Origin: Spirochaetia bacterium
GTDB taxonomy: Bacteria; Spirochaetota; Spirochaetia; SZUA-6; Bin103
Assembly (NCBI GenBank): GCA_965208575.1
Contig: CBDBOV010000005.1
Coordinates: 800,001-864,000 of the forward strand
Reading direction: 5' to 3'
Length of the DNA: 64,000 nt
Part shown: in pieces, positions 43,873 through 54,280 of the stretch
How the letters are laid out: each line of letters begins with the position of its first letter
How positions within the stretch are numbered: the stretch's first letter is position 1
Program-made: the position numbers and the translations under genes
Notes under the pieces: model-generated
Told to the model about the DNA's origin: nothing
Seen by the model: only the letters and a program-made list of their open reading frames with translations
The model's database searches: none

Positions 43873-44631
43873 ATGACTGCAGCGACCGATCGCGCCCGGC
43901 GCTACCGGCAGGACGGCATCCTGTACCCGATCGACCTGTTCAGCGGCGGCGAGATCGCCGGCTACCGGCGCGCGTTCGACCGCCTCGACGAGACCGAGGG
44001 CATCGACCGCCCGCAGGAGCGCAACCGCCAGCGCCACTTCGACCTGGAGTTCGTGTGGCGGATGGCGTCGCATCCCACGCTGATTGTGATCATGCAGGAA
44101 CTGATGGGGCCGGATCTGCTGCTGATGGCCACCGATTTCTTCGTCAAATACGGCAGTCCGGATGCCGACGCGTTCGTGGCCTGGCACCAGGACGTGACCT
44201 ACTGGGGGCTGGAGCCGCCCGACGCGCACACCGCCTGGATCGCGATCGACGACAGCGATGTCGACAACGGCAGCATGCGCGTCATCCCCGGCTCGCACCG
44301 GCGCGGCATCGTGACCCACGGCACCTCCGAGCGCGCCGGCAACGTGCTCAGCATCAACCAGGAGATCCCCGACGAGCTGGTCGACACCTCCGCCGCCGTC
44401 GACGTGGAGCTGCGCGCCGGCCAGATCTCGATCCACGACGGCCACCTGTTCCACGCCAGCCAGCCCAACCGCTCCCACCGGCGCCGCTGCGGCATGACGG
44501 TGCGCTTCATCCGTCCCGACGTGCGCCAGGCCACCGGAAACTCGCTCGGCTCCGACTGGCGTCCGATCCTGCTCGCCGGCGAGGACCGCCACCACAACTT
44601 CACCCTCGCCGAGCCTCCCTTTCCCGGCTGA
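43873..44631 (+). CDS. Phytanoyl-CoA dioxygenase family protein
   Basis: WHQDVTYW, NGSMRVIPGSH, HDGHLFHAS.PN.S.RRR. Confidence 0.9.
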   Translation: MTAATDRARRYRQDGILYPIDLFSGGEIAGYRRAFDRLDETEGIDRPQERNRQRHFDLEFVWRMASHPTLIVIMQELMGPDLLLMATDFFVKYGSPDADAFVAWHQDVTYWGLEPPDAHTAWIAIDDSDVDNGSMRVIPGSHRRGIVTHGTSERAGNVLSINQEIPDELVDTSAAVDVELRAGQISIHDGHLFHASQPNRSHRRRCGMTVRFIRPDVRQATGNSLGSDWRPILLAGEDRHHNFTLAEPPFPG

Positions 44632-44644
44632 GGCAGGCCAGCCC

Positions 44645-46084
44645 TCAGCCGGTGCGATGGTCCAGGACCACCTCCTTGAGATCAGCCGCGATCTCCCGAT
44701 AGGCGGGATCTTCAACGCAGTTGTTCGATTCCCCCGGATCGCTCGTAAGGTCGTACAACTCGCAGGGCGTTTCCGAAGGCACGTGCAGGGTGAAGCGGAA
44801 GGCTTCATCGCGCACCCCGGTGAAATCGCCGATCGTCGAGAACACGTACTCGTGCCCGCCGGTGCCGCGTTCCAGCACCGGCAGCAATGACTGTCCGCGG
44901 GCGCCCTCGGGAGGCGCCACCTGCCCGATGTCCGCGATGGTCGAGACCACGTCGATCAACTGGGTGAGATCGCGGCACACCCCGCGGCTCCCGCGGTCCG
45001 GCGGACTGACGATCAGCGGAACCTGCACGGAACCCTCGTAGAAGGAGTGCTTTGCCCACAGGTGGTGTTCGCCGAGCATCTCGCCGTGGTCGGAGCTGTA
45101 GATGATCCACGTATTTGCCAGCTCTCCCTGCGCGTCGAGCGTCTCGATCACCTCGCCGATCTTCTGGTCGACGAGGGAGACGGCGCCCAGGTAGTGCCGG
45201 ATGCCCTCGCGCACGAAGTCGTCCGTCATGGTCTGCACCTGGGAGTGGGCCTTGAGCCATGCCACCCTCTGCGCCCAGACCGGGTTGGTGGCCCGCGGCA
45301 TCGTCATGTTCGGCAGTGCGATGTCGGCGTCGGCATAGTACGCGGCCCAGGTCGGGTCATCGAGCAGCGGAACGTGCGGTTGCACGAAGCCCAGGTGGAG
45401 ATAGAACGGCTTGCCGGAATCGCGCGACCTCAGCCAGCCGATCGCGTGATCGGCAATGAAGCTGGACAGCTCGCACTCCTGCGGCAGCACGCTGGTCTCG
45501 CCGCGCCAGTGGGTGGGCGTGAGCCGGAAGATCCCCCGGATCTGTTCCTGGTGCGCCTCCAGTAGCCCGCGCGCTTCCAGGAAGTCCATGTACGGGCTGT
45601 TCAGGTGGCTCGCAACATGGCTGTACCGGTCGTACTCCTCCATCACGTAATCCCACCCGAAACGCTTCAGGAAGTCCTCGAACTGCCGCGTATCGAAACG
45701 CTCGCCGCGTTCTCTCGCCTCCACGGAACCGGGCCGACCGTGATAGTGCGTCTTGCCGATCGACGCGGTCTCGTAGCCGCCGCCCCGCAGTTGCTTCATG
45801 ATCGTCGGCCAGGCGGGTTTGAACGGACTGTCGTGCACCGTGTCTCCGCGGCGAGCGGTGACATTGTCGGTGAAGCCGAGTTCATGCGCGTAGCGCCCGG
45901 TGACCATGGTGGCCCGGCACGGCATGCACACCGGACACTGCGACCAGGTCCGCTCGAAGCGCATGCCCCGATCCGCCAGCCGGTCCAGGTTCGGCGTGCG
46001 CACCAGCGGATGCCCGCCACAGCCGAGCACGTCGTGGCGGTGCTGATCGCTGAACACGAACAGGATATTGGGCTTCCTCGCCAT
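44645..46084 (-). CDS. Sulfatase, formylglycine-dependent
   Basis: PNILFVFSDQH, CMPCR (CxPxR), GKTH, SSDHGEMLGEH. Confidence 0.92.
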   Translation of the reverse strand: MARKPNILFVFSDQHRHDVLGCGGHPLVRTPNLDRLADRGMRFERTWSQCPVCMPCRATMVTGRYAHELGFTDNVTARRGDTVHDSPFKPAWPTIMKQLRGGGYETASIGKTHYHGRPGSVEARERGERFDTRQFEDFLKRFGWDYVMEEYDRYSHVASHLNSPYMDFLEARGLLEAHQEQIRGIFRLTPTHWRGETSVLPQECELSSFIADHAIGWLRSRDSGKPFYLHLGFVQPHVPLLDDPTWAAYYADADIALPNMTMPRATNPVWAQRVAWLKAHSQVQTMTDDFVREGIRHYLGAVSLVDQKIGEVIETLDAQGELANTWIIYSSDHGEMLGEHHLWAKHSFYEGSVQVPLIVSPPDRGSRGVCRDLTQLIDVVSTIADIGQVAPPEGARGQSLLPVLERGTGGHEYVFSTIGDFTGVRDEAFRFTLHVPSETPCELYDLTSDPGESNNCVEDPAYREIAADLKEVVLDHRTG

Positions 46085-46181
46085 CGCCCCTCCTCCCTCG
46101 GGAAGTGACGATCATACTACGCCCGGTCGGAGACGAGTTGAGCAGGTTGACCGTGGTGCTACCCGGTAGTACCCTGCACTT

Positions 46182-46457
46182 GTGGCGGTGAAGTCCTCGA
46201 TTTCACTTACCGACGAGCAGCACGCGTTTGCGCGAGCACTGGTCGAGGCGGGGCGCTATTCCAGCGTCAGCGCCGTCCTGCAGCAGGGCGTCGAACTGCT
46301 GCGGCGGCGAATGGACGCCGAGGAGTTGGAGACCGCGGCGCTGCGCGAGCTGCTGTCCCGCCGCCGTGGCGGCGAGGTGGTCAGCGCGGAGCGGATGGAC
46401 ACCCTGCTCGGCACCATGATTGCCGGCAAGCGCCGCGCGCATGGCCTTCCGTCTTGA
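46182..46457 (+). CDS. parD: ParD-like RHH antitoxin
   Basis: SISLTD...LVEAGRYSSVSAV; TTGACC-17 bp-TACCCT then GTG after 6 nt. Confidence 0.82.
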   Translation: MAVKSSISLTDEQHAFARALVEAGRYSSVSAVLQQGVELLRRRMDAEELETAALRELLSRRRGGEVVSAERMDTLLGTMIAGKRRAHGLPS

Positions 46458-46791
46458 GTTCGCGGCCGACGCCGAACGCGACTTCGGGCTGATATTCGAT
46501 CATCTGCTGCGCAGCTACCTCGGCTTCGGCGAGCGCCCCGAGAGCGCGCTCGATCATGCCGGGGCGCGGACACTCGATATCCGCGCGGCTGCCGAACGCA
46601 TCCTGGACGCTCCCCAGCGGGGCGAACGCAATGGCGGCGACATCCTGCCCGGGTTGCGGCACCTCGCCATCGGACGTGCGATCTACTGGTTCGACGTCGA
46701 CGAGTCGCGCGCGGCGGTGCGCGTCCTGGCCGTGTTCTTCGGCGGCCAGGATCATGTCCGCCACATGATGGCCCGGCTGCTCCAGGACTGA
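46441..46791 (+). CDS. parE: ParE/RelE family toxin
   Basis: LEFAADAERD...IFDHL, PGLRH, IYWFDV, VLAVFFGGQD. Confidence 0.82.
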   Translation: MAFRLEFAADAERDFGLIFDHLLRSYLGFGERPESALDHAGARTLDIRAAAERILDAPQRGERNGGDILPGLRHLAIGRAIYWFDVDESRAAVRVLAVFFGGQDHVRHMMARLLQD

Positions 46792-47082
46792 GGCGAGTCA
46801 GCGATCCACCGCGGCCGCGCGGTTGACGGCTGGTCGGGCGCGTGCGACAGTGGTCCTTTGAGGTTCAAGGAATACGGATGAAGCGCCGCGATACGGGCCG
46901 CAAGAAGATACTCAAGGAACCGTCGCGAGCGCGGCGTGGGCCGGTGAGTCACGCGCCGCGCGTCTCGATTGCAGATTCGCCGACTCTGTTTGGCCGCCTG
47001 CATTAGGGCAAGAGAGTAGGCAGGGAACGGCAATTCACTTCGCGATACTCTCGACAACGAAAGCGAGGTTACGAGATACCTG

Positions 47083-48969
47083 ATGAAACGAGTGTCAATA
47101 CTATTTGTGCTGTTGCTGCTGTTCTCGGCGGCAGCCGCGAGCGCGGACAATTACATGGAGTCGCCATCGCTGACGGCGAGAGTGAGCTCCGGTGACCTGC
47201 CTCCGGTGGAAGACCGGCTCCCGGCTCAACCCGTGGTGTTCGACGCTTCCTGGAACGACGTGCCGACGGAAGACCTGGACTTCCAGGTGGGCAAGTACGG
47301 CGGCACCCTGCGAGCCGTGCGCACCCACCCGAACTGGGATGCGGACGTGTGGGCCATGTTGAAGGAGACCCTGGTTGCGTCACCCGGCTGGATGGACGCC
47401 AATCCGAAGGACCTGCGCGGCAACGTGATCCTGGACTACGAGGTTTCCGCGGATGGCACCACCTTCACCTTCACCATGCGGGAAGGGCTGAAGTGGTCGG
47501 ACGGTGTTCCCGTTACCACCGAGGACGTGCGCTTCACCTACGAAGACGTGCACATGAACGACGAGTTGGGGGAATTCGGCTGGGACATCCTGCAACAGTG
47601 GATGAGGACCAGGAACCAACCCGACGGCGAGCCGATGCTGGTTGAGGTGATCGACGACTACACCTTCCAGGTGAGCTTTCCGGAGTCCTATCCCGGCTTC
47701 ATCAACAGCCTGGCGGTGTTCTGGGGCACCTACCGCGACTTCCTGAAGCCGAAGCATCACCTGATGAACTTCCACGCCGAGTATGCCTCCGCGGACAAGC
47801 TGGAGGACGCGCTCGCCGAGGCCGGGTTGGAAGAAGGCGAATGGTACAAGCTGTTTCTCCAGGAGGACCACAATACCTGGGAGAAGACCAACACCACCGC
47901 CGACGGTTTCCCGAGCCTGTGTCCGTGGATCATTGCCGACGTGACGCCGACGGTAACGCTGTGGGAACGCAACCCGTACTACTTCAAGGTCGACTCGGAT
48001 GGGCAACAGCTCCCCTACATCGACCGGGTGCGGTCGGAGTACGTCACCGACCGGGAGACCATCAACCTGAAGATCGTGGCCGGCGAACTGGACATAGTCG
48101 AACGCGAGGCGGGCGGACCCAACCTGCCGTTCTTCAAGGAGAACGAGGAGCGCGGCGGCTACAACGTGACCCTGCTGCAGCAGCACTTCGCCCCGGTCGA
48201 CATCTACCTGAACATGACCCACGCGGACCCGGTGTGGCGCGGGCTCGCGCAGGACCTGCGTTTTCGGCAGGCGTTGAACATGGCGATCAACCGCCAGGAC
48301 ATCATCGACAAGGTGTTCTACGGGTTCGCCTCACTGCCCGAGGTGGTGCCGAGCGCATACGACCCGGCGCGCGCGAATGCGCTCCTCGATGAAATCGGCT
48401 TGACGGCGCGCGACTCGGACGGCAACCGGTTGGGTCCGGACGGCAACCCGCTCATGATACCGATCGAGTGGGCGCCGGAGTCGCCGGACTTCCAGCCGGT
48501 GGTCGAGTTGCTGACCCGGGACTGGACGGAACTGGACCTCGACGTGACGCCGAAAGAGCTGCAGCAGGACCTGCTCCATGAGCGGGAGCGGTCGAACGAG
48601 ATCAAGATCAGCCTGAACTGGGACGACCTGGAGAAGTGGTGGCTGTTCGCCACCATCTGGGGCTCGCCGAGATTCGCCACCCATTCGTGGCACCTGTGGT
48701 ACACGAGCGGCGGCGAATCGGGGGAGCAGGGCCCCGACTGGGTGTACGAGTTCTTCGACCAGATCGCCGAGGTGCGGTCGTCTTCCTACGAGGACGCGCA
48801 GCGGCTGGTGAAGGGCGCGCAACAGATCATGTACGACAACATCCTCTACATCCCGACCGTGCAGAAGCTCAGGAAGCCGCTCCTGACTTCCGTCAACCTG
48901 GGCAACGTGCCGACCAGCGGCATGGTCCTGGTGGGCGTGAACAGCGGCGAGCAACTCTTCTTCAAGTAG
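47083..48969 (+). CDS. ABC importer solute-binding protein, family 5
   Basis: Signal peptide, GDLPPVEDRLP, GKYGGTL, REGLKWSDG.P.T.ED, ERNPYYFKVD..GQQLPYID. Confidence 0.92.
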   Translation: MKRVSILFVLLLLFSAAAASADNYMESPSLTARVSSGDLPPVEDRLPAQPVVFDASWNDVPTEDLDFQVGKYGGTLRAVRTHPNWDADVWAMLKETLVASPGWMDANPKDLRGNVILDYEVSADGTTFTFTMREGLKWSDGVPVTTEDVRFTYEDVHMNDELGEFGWDILQQWMRTRNQPDGEPMLVEVIDDYTFQVSFPESYPGFINSLAVFWGTYRDFLKPKHHLMNFHAEYASADKLEDALAEAGLEEGEWYKLFLQEDHNTWEKTNTTADGFPSLCPWIIADVTPTVTLWERNPYYFKVDSDGQQLPYIDRVRSEYVTDRETINLKIVAGELDIVEREAGGPNLPFFKENEERGGYNVTLLQQHFAPVDIYLNMTHADPVWRGLAQDLRFRQALNMAINRQDIIDKVFYGFASLPEVVPSAYDPARANALLDEIGLTARDSDGNRLGPDGNPLMIPIEWAPESPDFQPVVELLTRDWTELDLDVTPKELQQDLLHERERSNEIKISLNWDDLEKWWLFATIWGSPRFATHSWHLWYTSGGESGEQGPDWVYEFFDQIAEVRSSSYEDAQRLVKGAQQIMYDNILYIPTVQKLRKPLLTSVNLGNVPTSGMVLVGVNSGEQLFFK

Positions 48970-49050
48970 CCGGAGTTCGGCTACTCGTGAACGCGTGGCG
49001 CCGGGGCCGGGAGCCTCGGCGCCACCACCGCGGCAACACGGTAACGGAGC

Positions 49051-50049
49051 GTGGTAGGGTATATATTCGGCCGTATCCTTCAGGTCGTACCGCTGTTGAT
49101 TGCCCTGTCCATCGTCAGCTTTCTGATCATCGAGCTGCCGCCCGGCGACTACCTGACCTCCCTCATCCTGCGCCTGGAGCAGTCCGGCAAGCAACTCAAC
49201 GACGAAGAGGTGCTGCGCCTGAAGAAACAGTACGGCCTGGACCGGTCTGCCGCCGTCCGCTACTCGATGTGGATGTGGAACATCCTCAGCGAGGGGGATT
49301 TTGGCCGTTCCTTTACGTGGCAAAGACCGGTGGCCGAGGTGATCACCGAGCGCATCGTGCTGACCATGGTGATATCGATAGCCACCCTGCTGTTCACCTG
49401 GGTGGTGGCGGTGCCGGCGGGCATCTACTCGGCGGTGCGGCAGTACTCTCCGTTCGACTACGCTGCCACGTTCTTCGGCTTCATCGGGCTGTCGATCCCG
49501 AACTTCCTGCTGGCGCTGATCCTGATGTGGCTGGCGTTCAATTATCTCGACGTGGCGGTCACGGGACTGTTCTCGCCCGAGTACGCGGATTCCGACTGGA
49601 GCCTGGCCAAGGTCGGCAACATGCTCAGCCACATCTGGGTGCCGATTCTGGTCATAGGCACCGCCGGGACGGCGGGGATCATCCGGGTCATGCGGGGCTG
49701 CCTGCTGGATGAACTGCGCAAGCAGTACGTTATCACGTCGCGAGCGAAGGGGTTGGCAGAGGCCAGGCTGCTGTTCAAGTACCCGGTGCGGGTCGCGGTC
49801 AATCCGCTGATCAGCACCATCGGCTGGCTGTTGCCGGCGATCATCTCCGGCGAGACGATCACCGCGATCGTCCTGAATCTCCCGACCTCCGGGCCGATGC
49901 TGTTCCAGGCGCTGCTGGCGCAGGACACCTACCTGGCGGCGAGCTTCGTGCTGATCCTGGCATTCCTGACCATCATCGGTACCTTGATCTCGGACCTTAT
50001 GCTGGCCTGGCTGGATCCGAGAATCAGGTACGAGGGTGTTTCCCGGTGA
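49051..50049 (+). CDS. ABC importer permease, DppB/OppB-like
   Basis: LPPGD, GDFGRS, YVITSRAKGL, AWLDPRIR. Confidence 0.92.
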   Translation: MVGYIFGRILQVVPLLIALSIVSFLIIELPPGDYLTSLILRLEQSGKQLNDEEVLRLKKQYGLDRSAAVRYSMWMWNILSEGDFGRSFTWQRPVAEVITERIVLTMVISIATLLFTWVVAVPAGIYSAVRQYSPFDYAATFFGFIGLSIPNFLLALILMWLAFNYLDVAVTGLFSPEYADSDWSLAKVGNMLSHIWVPILVIGTAGTAGIIRVMRGCLLDELRKQYVITSRAKGLAEARLLFKYPVRVAVNPLISTIGWLLPAIISGETITAIVLNLPTSGPMLFQALLAQDTYLAASFVLILAFLTIIGTLISDLMLAWLDPRIRYEGVSR

Positions 50050-51158
50050 GGTCGACCGCCGCTCCGACCGAGCGCGAGGAGCGTTACTACGTCGCCTCTC
50101 AGTGGAGCCTGATCTGGAGGAACTTCAAGAAGCACCGGCTCGGGTTGGCGGCGCTGCCGGTACTTGGCTGCCTGTACTTTCTGGCGGTGTTCGGCGAGTT
50201 CATCAGCGCCTACACGCCGGTGACCTACTTCCGGGACCGGGAGAACGTGCCGCCGCAGGGGATCCACTTCGTTCGCCCCGACGGTTCCTTTCAGTTGCGC
50301 CCGTTCATCTACGGGTTGACCAAGGAGATGGATCCCGACACGTTCCGGCAGGTCTACCGGCGCGATGAGACAAGCATCGTTCCGCTGCGGTTTTTCGTGG
50401 CCGGTGAACCGTACAAGATGTGGAACCTGTTCCATGCCGATCTGCACCTGTACGGCGCCGAGGGCGAAGCCGTGCTGCTGTTCGGTTCCGACCGGTTGGG
50501 ACGGGATCTCCTGACCAGGGTAATCTACGCGTCGCGCATCTCGCTGACCGTGGGGCTGGTCGGCGTGGTCATGACGTTCGTGTTCGGGATGGTTCTGGGC
50601 GGCATGTCCGGTTATTTCGGCGGTGTGGTCGACACCGTGGTGATGAGGGCGATCGACTTCGTGATCTCGTTGCCCACCATCCCCCTGTGGATGGCGCTGG
50701 CCGCGGCGCTCCCGGAGAGCTGGAGCTCGATCCAGATCTACTTCGCCATCACGCTCATCTTCTCGGTGATCGGGTGGGCCGGCCTGGCGCGCGTGATACG
50801 GGGCAAGCTGCTGGCGTTGCGGGAGGAGGACTTCGTGATGGCGGCGAAGATCGCCGGCGCCTCCAACGCCAGCATCATTGCCCGGCACCTGCTGCCGTCG
50901 TTCGCCAGCTATCTGATCGTGAACCTCACCATCGCGGTACCGTCGATGATCCTGGGCGAAACCGCGCTGAGTTTCCTCGGCCTGGGGATCCGGCCGCCGT
51001 CGGTGAGCTGGGGCACGCTGCTGCAGGACGCCCAGAAGCTGCAGGTGCTGGCCCATCAACCGTGGCTGCTGATACCGTGCATCTTCGTGATCGTGACCGT
51101 ATTGATGTACAATTTCCTCGGCGACGGACTGCGCGATGCGGCTGATCCCTATCGATAG
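50046..51158 (+). CDS. ABC importer permease, DppC/OppC-like
   Basis: GSDRLGRD, ETALSFLGLG, SWG, NFLGDGLRDAADP. Confidence 0.92.
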   Translation: MRSTAAPTEREERYYVASQWSLIWRNFKKHRLGLAALPVLGCLYFLAVFGEFISAYTPVTYFRDRENVPPQGIHFVRPDGSFQLRPFIYGLTKEMDPDTFRQVYRRDETSIVPLRFFVAGEPYKMWNLFHADLHLYGAEGEAVLLFGSDRLGRDLLTRVIYASRISLTVGLVGVVMTFVFGMVLGGMSGYFGGVVDTVVMRAIDFVISLPTIPLWMALAAALPESWSSIQIYFAITLIFSVIGWAGLARVIRGKLLALREEDFVMAAKIAGASNASIIARHLLPSFASYLIVNLTIAVPSMILGETALSFLGLGIRPPSVSWGTLLQDAQKLQVLAHQPWLLIPCIFVIVTVLMYNFLGDGLRDAADPYR

Positions 51159-51163
51159 GATCG

Positions 51164-52741
51164 ATGACGATAATTCGGAGGAACAACTTGACGGTGGAAA
51201 ATGACGGCACGTCCAGGCAGATCGAGAGATTGGCGCGCCTGATTCCGAAGGCGAGAGAGCTGCGCGAGCAGTACCAGGAGGATCCGCACCGGCCGGCGTA
51301 CCATTTCGTCGCCCCGGAAGGCATCTGCCACCCGTTCGATCCGCAGGGGTGCATCTACTGGAAGGGCAGGTACCACATGTTCTACGCCTACCAGGTGGAG
51401 GAGGTGGGCGTGTGGGCGCACGCCTCCAGTGCCGACCTGGTGCACTGGATCCATCATCCGATACCGTTGGGGGTGTCGCCGGGAGACCCGGAGGAACAGG
51501 TGTACGCCGGCGGCTCGCTGATCGACAAGGATGGCGTGCCCACCATGATCTACCACGGGGTGAACGCCGGCACCTGCATTGCCACGAGCACCGACGATGG
51601 CTTGATCCATTGGACAAAGCACCCCGCAAATCCGGTCATCCCCAAGCCGAAGGAGGGTGAAGTGGGCCACGGCACGTACCACGTGTGGGACACCTGCGGC
51701 TGGCTGCACGGGGATACCTACTACTCCATCTGCGGGAACCACCCGTTCGAGCCGCCCAAGTCGGACGGCGACGCAGCCTACCTGTTTCGCTCCGACGACC
51801 TGGTCAACTGGGAGTACGTGCACCCATTCTACCGGTCCGACCGGCGCTGGACGGAGGAGTACGAAGACTGCTCCTGCCCCGACTTCTTTCCGATCGGCGA
51901 CAAGTACATGCTCATGTTCATCAGCCATACCCACGGCACCCAGTACTACCTCGGCAGCTACGACGGCGAGCGCTTCGTGCCCGAGCGCCATGCCCGGATG
52001 AGCTGGGCGGGCGGGCCGTTGTTCGCGCAGGAAAGCCTGCTCGATGGCGACGGCAGGCGCATCGTCTGGGCATGGGTGTTCGAGTCCCGGTCGCGGAACG
52101 CGCAACTGGCCTCCGGCTGGGCCGGGGTGATGAGCCTCCCCCGGGTGCTGTCTCTGGGCCGGGATGACACGCTGCTCATCGAACCTGCCGAGGAATTGCA
52201 GATGCTCCGGCGGAATTACCGCCGGCGGGAGGGTCTGGGCCTGGCAGAGGGATTGGAAGTGAGATTGGAGGGGATCGACGGGGACTGCCTGGAGCTCGCC
52301 CTCGACGTGGATGATCCGTCCGGTCGGAAGTTCGGCGTGATGGTGCGTTGTGCTCCGGATGGCGAAGAGCAGACCCGGATTTTGTTCGACGACGAGACAC
52401 GGACCCTGCAGGTGGACACGTCGCGTTCCAGCCTGAGCCCGGAGATCGTGCAGCCGTGGCCGCAGCACGGCACCTCGTTCTCGCCCAATCCGCTGGACGG
52501 GAGGGAAGACGTCCGGATCCAGAAGGCGCCCTTCGAGTTGGCGCCGGGCGAGCCGCTCAGACTGCGGATTTTCCTGGATCGCTCCATCCTGGAGGTGTTC
52601 GCCAACAGCCGGCAATGCGTGACGCAGCGGATCTACCCGACGCGAGGCGACAGCATGGGAGTGCGGCTGTTCAGCGAGAAGGGGCGTGTTTCGGTACGGT
52701 CCATCGAGGCCTGGGACATGGCCGCGGCCAACCCCTGGTAG
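51164..52741 (+). CDS. Glycoside hydrolase family 32-like protein
   Basis: HRPAYHF, FDPQG..YHMFY, S.DLVHW, CPDFF, SLPR, LRIFLDRSILEVF. Confidence 0.85.
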   Translation: MTIIRRNNLTVENDGTSRQIERLARLIPKARELREQYQEDPHRPAYHFVAPEGICHPFDPQGCIYWKGRYHMFYAYQVEEVGVWAHASSADLVHWIHHPIPLGVSPGDPEEQVYAGGSLIDKDGVPTMIYHGVNAGTCIATSTDDGLIHWTKHPANPVIPKPKEGEVGHGTYHVWDTCGWLHGDTYYSICGNHPFEPPKSDGDAAYLFRSDDLVNWEYVHPFYRSDRRWTEEYEDCSCPDFFPIGDKYMLMFISHTHGTQYYLGSYDGERFVPERHARMSWAGGPLFAQESLLDGDGRRIVWAWVFESRSRNAQLASGWAGVMSLPRVLSLGRDDTLLIEPAEELQMLRRNYRRREGLGLAEGLEVRLEGIDGDCLELALDVDDPSGRKFGVMVRCAPDGEEQTRILFDDETRTLQVDTSRSSLSPEIVQPWPQHGTSFSPNPLDGREDVRIQKAPFELAPGEPLRLRIFLDRSILEVFANSRQCVTQRIYPTRGDSMGVRLFSEKGRVSVRSIEAWDMAAANPW

Positions 52742-52765
52742 GCGCGGCATCGGGAGAGCAATGCA

Positions 52766-54280
52766 ATGGAAGCACCCCGGTACTACGATCGGCGAGACAT
52801 GGCGCCGTGTTCGACGCTGCATTTCCGCCCGGAAGGGGCGCTGGTGGGGGATGCGTCGTTCTTCCGGGACGGCGACGAGTGTCACATCTTCTACCTGAGC
52901 AAGCGCAGCGACGATCCGCCGCGGCTGCCGACCTGCCAGCTCGATCACGCGGTCAGCAAGGACCTGCTGCACTGGGAGCGGCTGCCCACGGCGCTGTTTC
53001 CGGGCAAGCCGGGGGAGCCCGACGACGACGGCATCGGCGGCTGCACCATCGTCCATCGGGACGGCAGGTATCACATGTTCTACGCCGGAACCAACCCCCA
53101 GGTCACCTATCACGCGGAGAGCCGTGACCTGATCGAGTGGCGCAAGGATGCCCCGCTGGAACCGGTGATCGTGCCCGATCCGCGCTGGTACATGGCGCAC
53201 GACGCGGCGGTAGAGGATCCGTACAACGAGCGCGGCTGGCGGGATCCGTTTCTGTTTGTCGACGACAAGCGCGGGCGCTACGTGATGACGGTGACGGCAC
53301 GGCGCAACCGGGGACCGTGGCGGGAGCGGGGCTGCGTTGCCTGGGTGGTCAGCGCGGACCTCACCGGCTGGGAGGTGCAGCCGCCTCTCTACGCTCCTTC
53401 GCTGGGGATGAACCTGGAGGTTACCGAGCTGTTCGAGATGGATGGCCGCTACTACCTGATTTTCTGTCATGGCGAGACCAACACGACGCGCTACCGGGTG
53501 GCGGATCGCGTGGAGGGTCCGTACCGGTGTCCGGTGGATGACGTGCTGCTGCCGAATTACATGTACGCGCCGCGGACGATTGAACGGCACGGGAAGCGCT
53601 ACCTGATCCCCTGGGTGGCGGACCGCCTGAACGGCAGCGACGACAACCGGTCGGAGTTCGGCGCCGAAGGCGTTACCTGGGGCGGCGCGCTGGGAACCCC
53701 GCAGGAGATGCGCTGCCTCCCGGACGGCAGGCTTGCGCTGTTCTACCCGGACATCGTGGCAGGACTGTCAGGTGCGCAGACGGTAGGTGCAGGCAGCCTC
53801 GACCATCTGCAGGCCGAGCGGGGCGAGTGGCAGCGGCATGGAGAGACCGTACTGGCGTCGTGCGAGGAGGGAATGGCGCGCGGACTGGTGGCCGCGCGCG
53901 GACAGGACTTCCTGCTCTCGTGCGGTATCAAGGTGAGCCGCGGCGTGGCCGCGGGACTGATCCTGCGCGCCGGTGAAGGGGGAGAGGCCGGCTACTACCT
54001 GCGCCTGGAACCGGCACTGAAGAACGTCTCCTTGTGGAGGTATCCGCGGCCCTGGTTCTTTTCCCGGCCACTGGCGTTCCGGGTAGTGCCCGATCTGGAC
54101 TACGGGCAAACGAGAGAGGTGAAGGTAATCCTGCACCGGCACGTGCTCGACGTATACCTGGATGACCGCCACGTCCTGAGCCGCGCCGTGTACGATTACC
54201 GGGATGGGCAATTCGGATTGTTCGTGGAAGACGCCGCGGCAGAGTTCGGACCTCTTGCTGCGAATACACTCAAGGAGTGA
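52766..54280 (+). CDS. GH32/GH43-like five-bladed beta-propeller glycosidase
   Basis: VGD, HAVSKDLLHW, WRDPF, LEV; C-terminal beta-sandwich. Confidence 0.8.
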   Translation: MEAPRYYDRRDMAPCSTLHFRPEGALVGDASFFRDGDECHIFYLSKRSDDPPRLPTCQLDHAVSKDLLHWERLPTALFPGKPGEPDDDGIGGCTIVHRDGRYHMFYAGTNPQVTYHAESRDLIEWRKDAPLEPVIVPDPRWYMAHDAAVEDPYNERGWRDPFLFVDDKRGRYVMTVTARRNRGPWRERGCVAWVVSADLTGWEVQPPLYAPSLGMNLEVTELFEMDGRYYLIFCHGETNTTRYRVADRVEGPYRCPVDDVLLPNYMYAPRTIERHGKRYLIPWVADRLNGSDDNRSEFGAEGVTWGGALGTPQEMRCLPDGRLALFYPDIVAGLSGAQTVGAGSLDHLQAERGEWQRHGETVLASCEEGMARGLVAARGQDFLLSCGIKVSRGVAAGLILRAGEGGEAGYYLRLEPALKNVSLWRYPRPWFFSRPLAFRVVPDLDYGQTREVKVILHRHVLDVYLDDRHVLSRAVYDYRDGQFGLFVEDAAAEFGPLAANTLKE

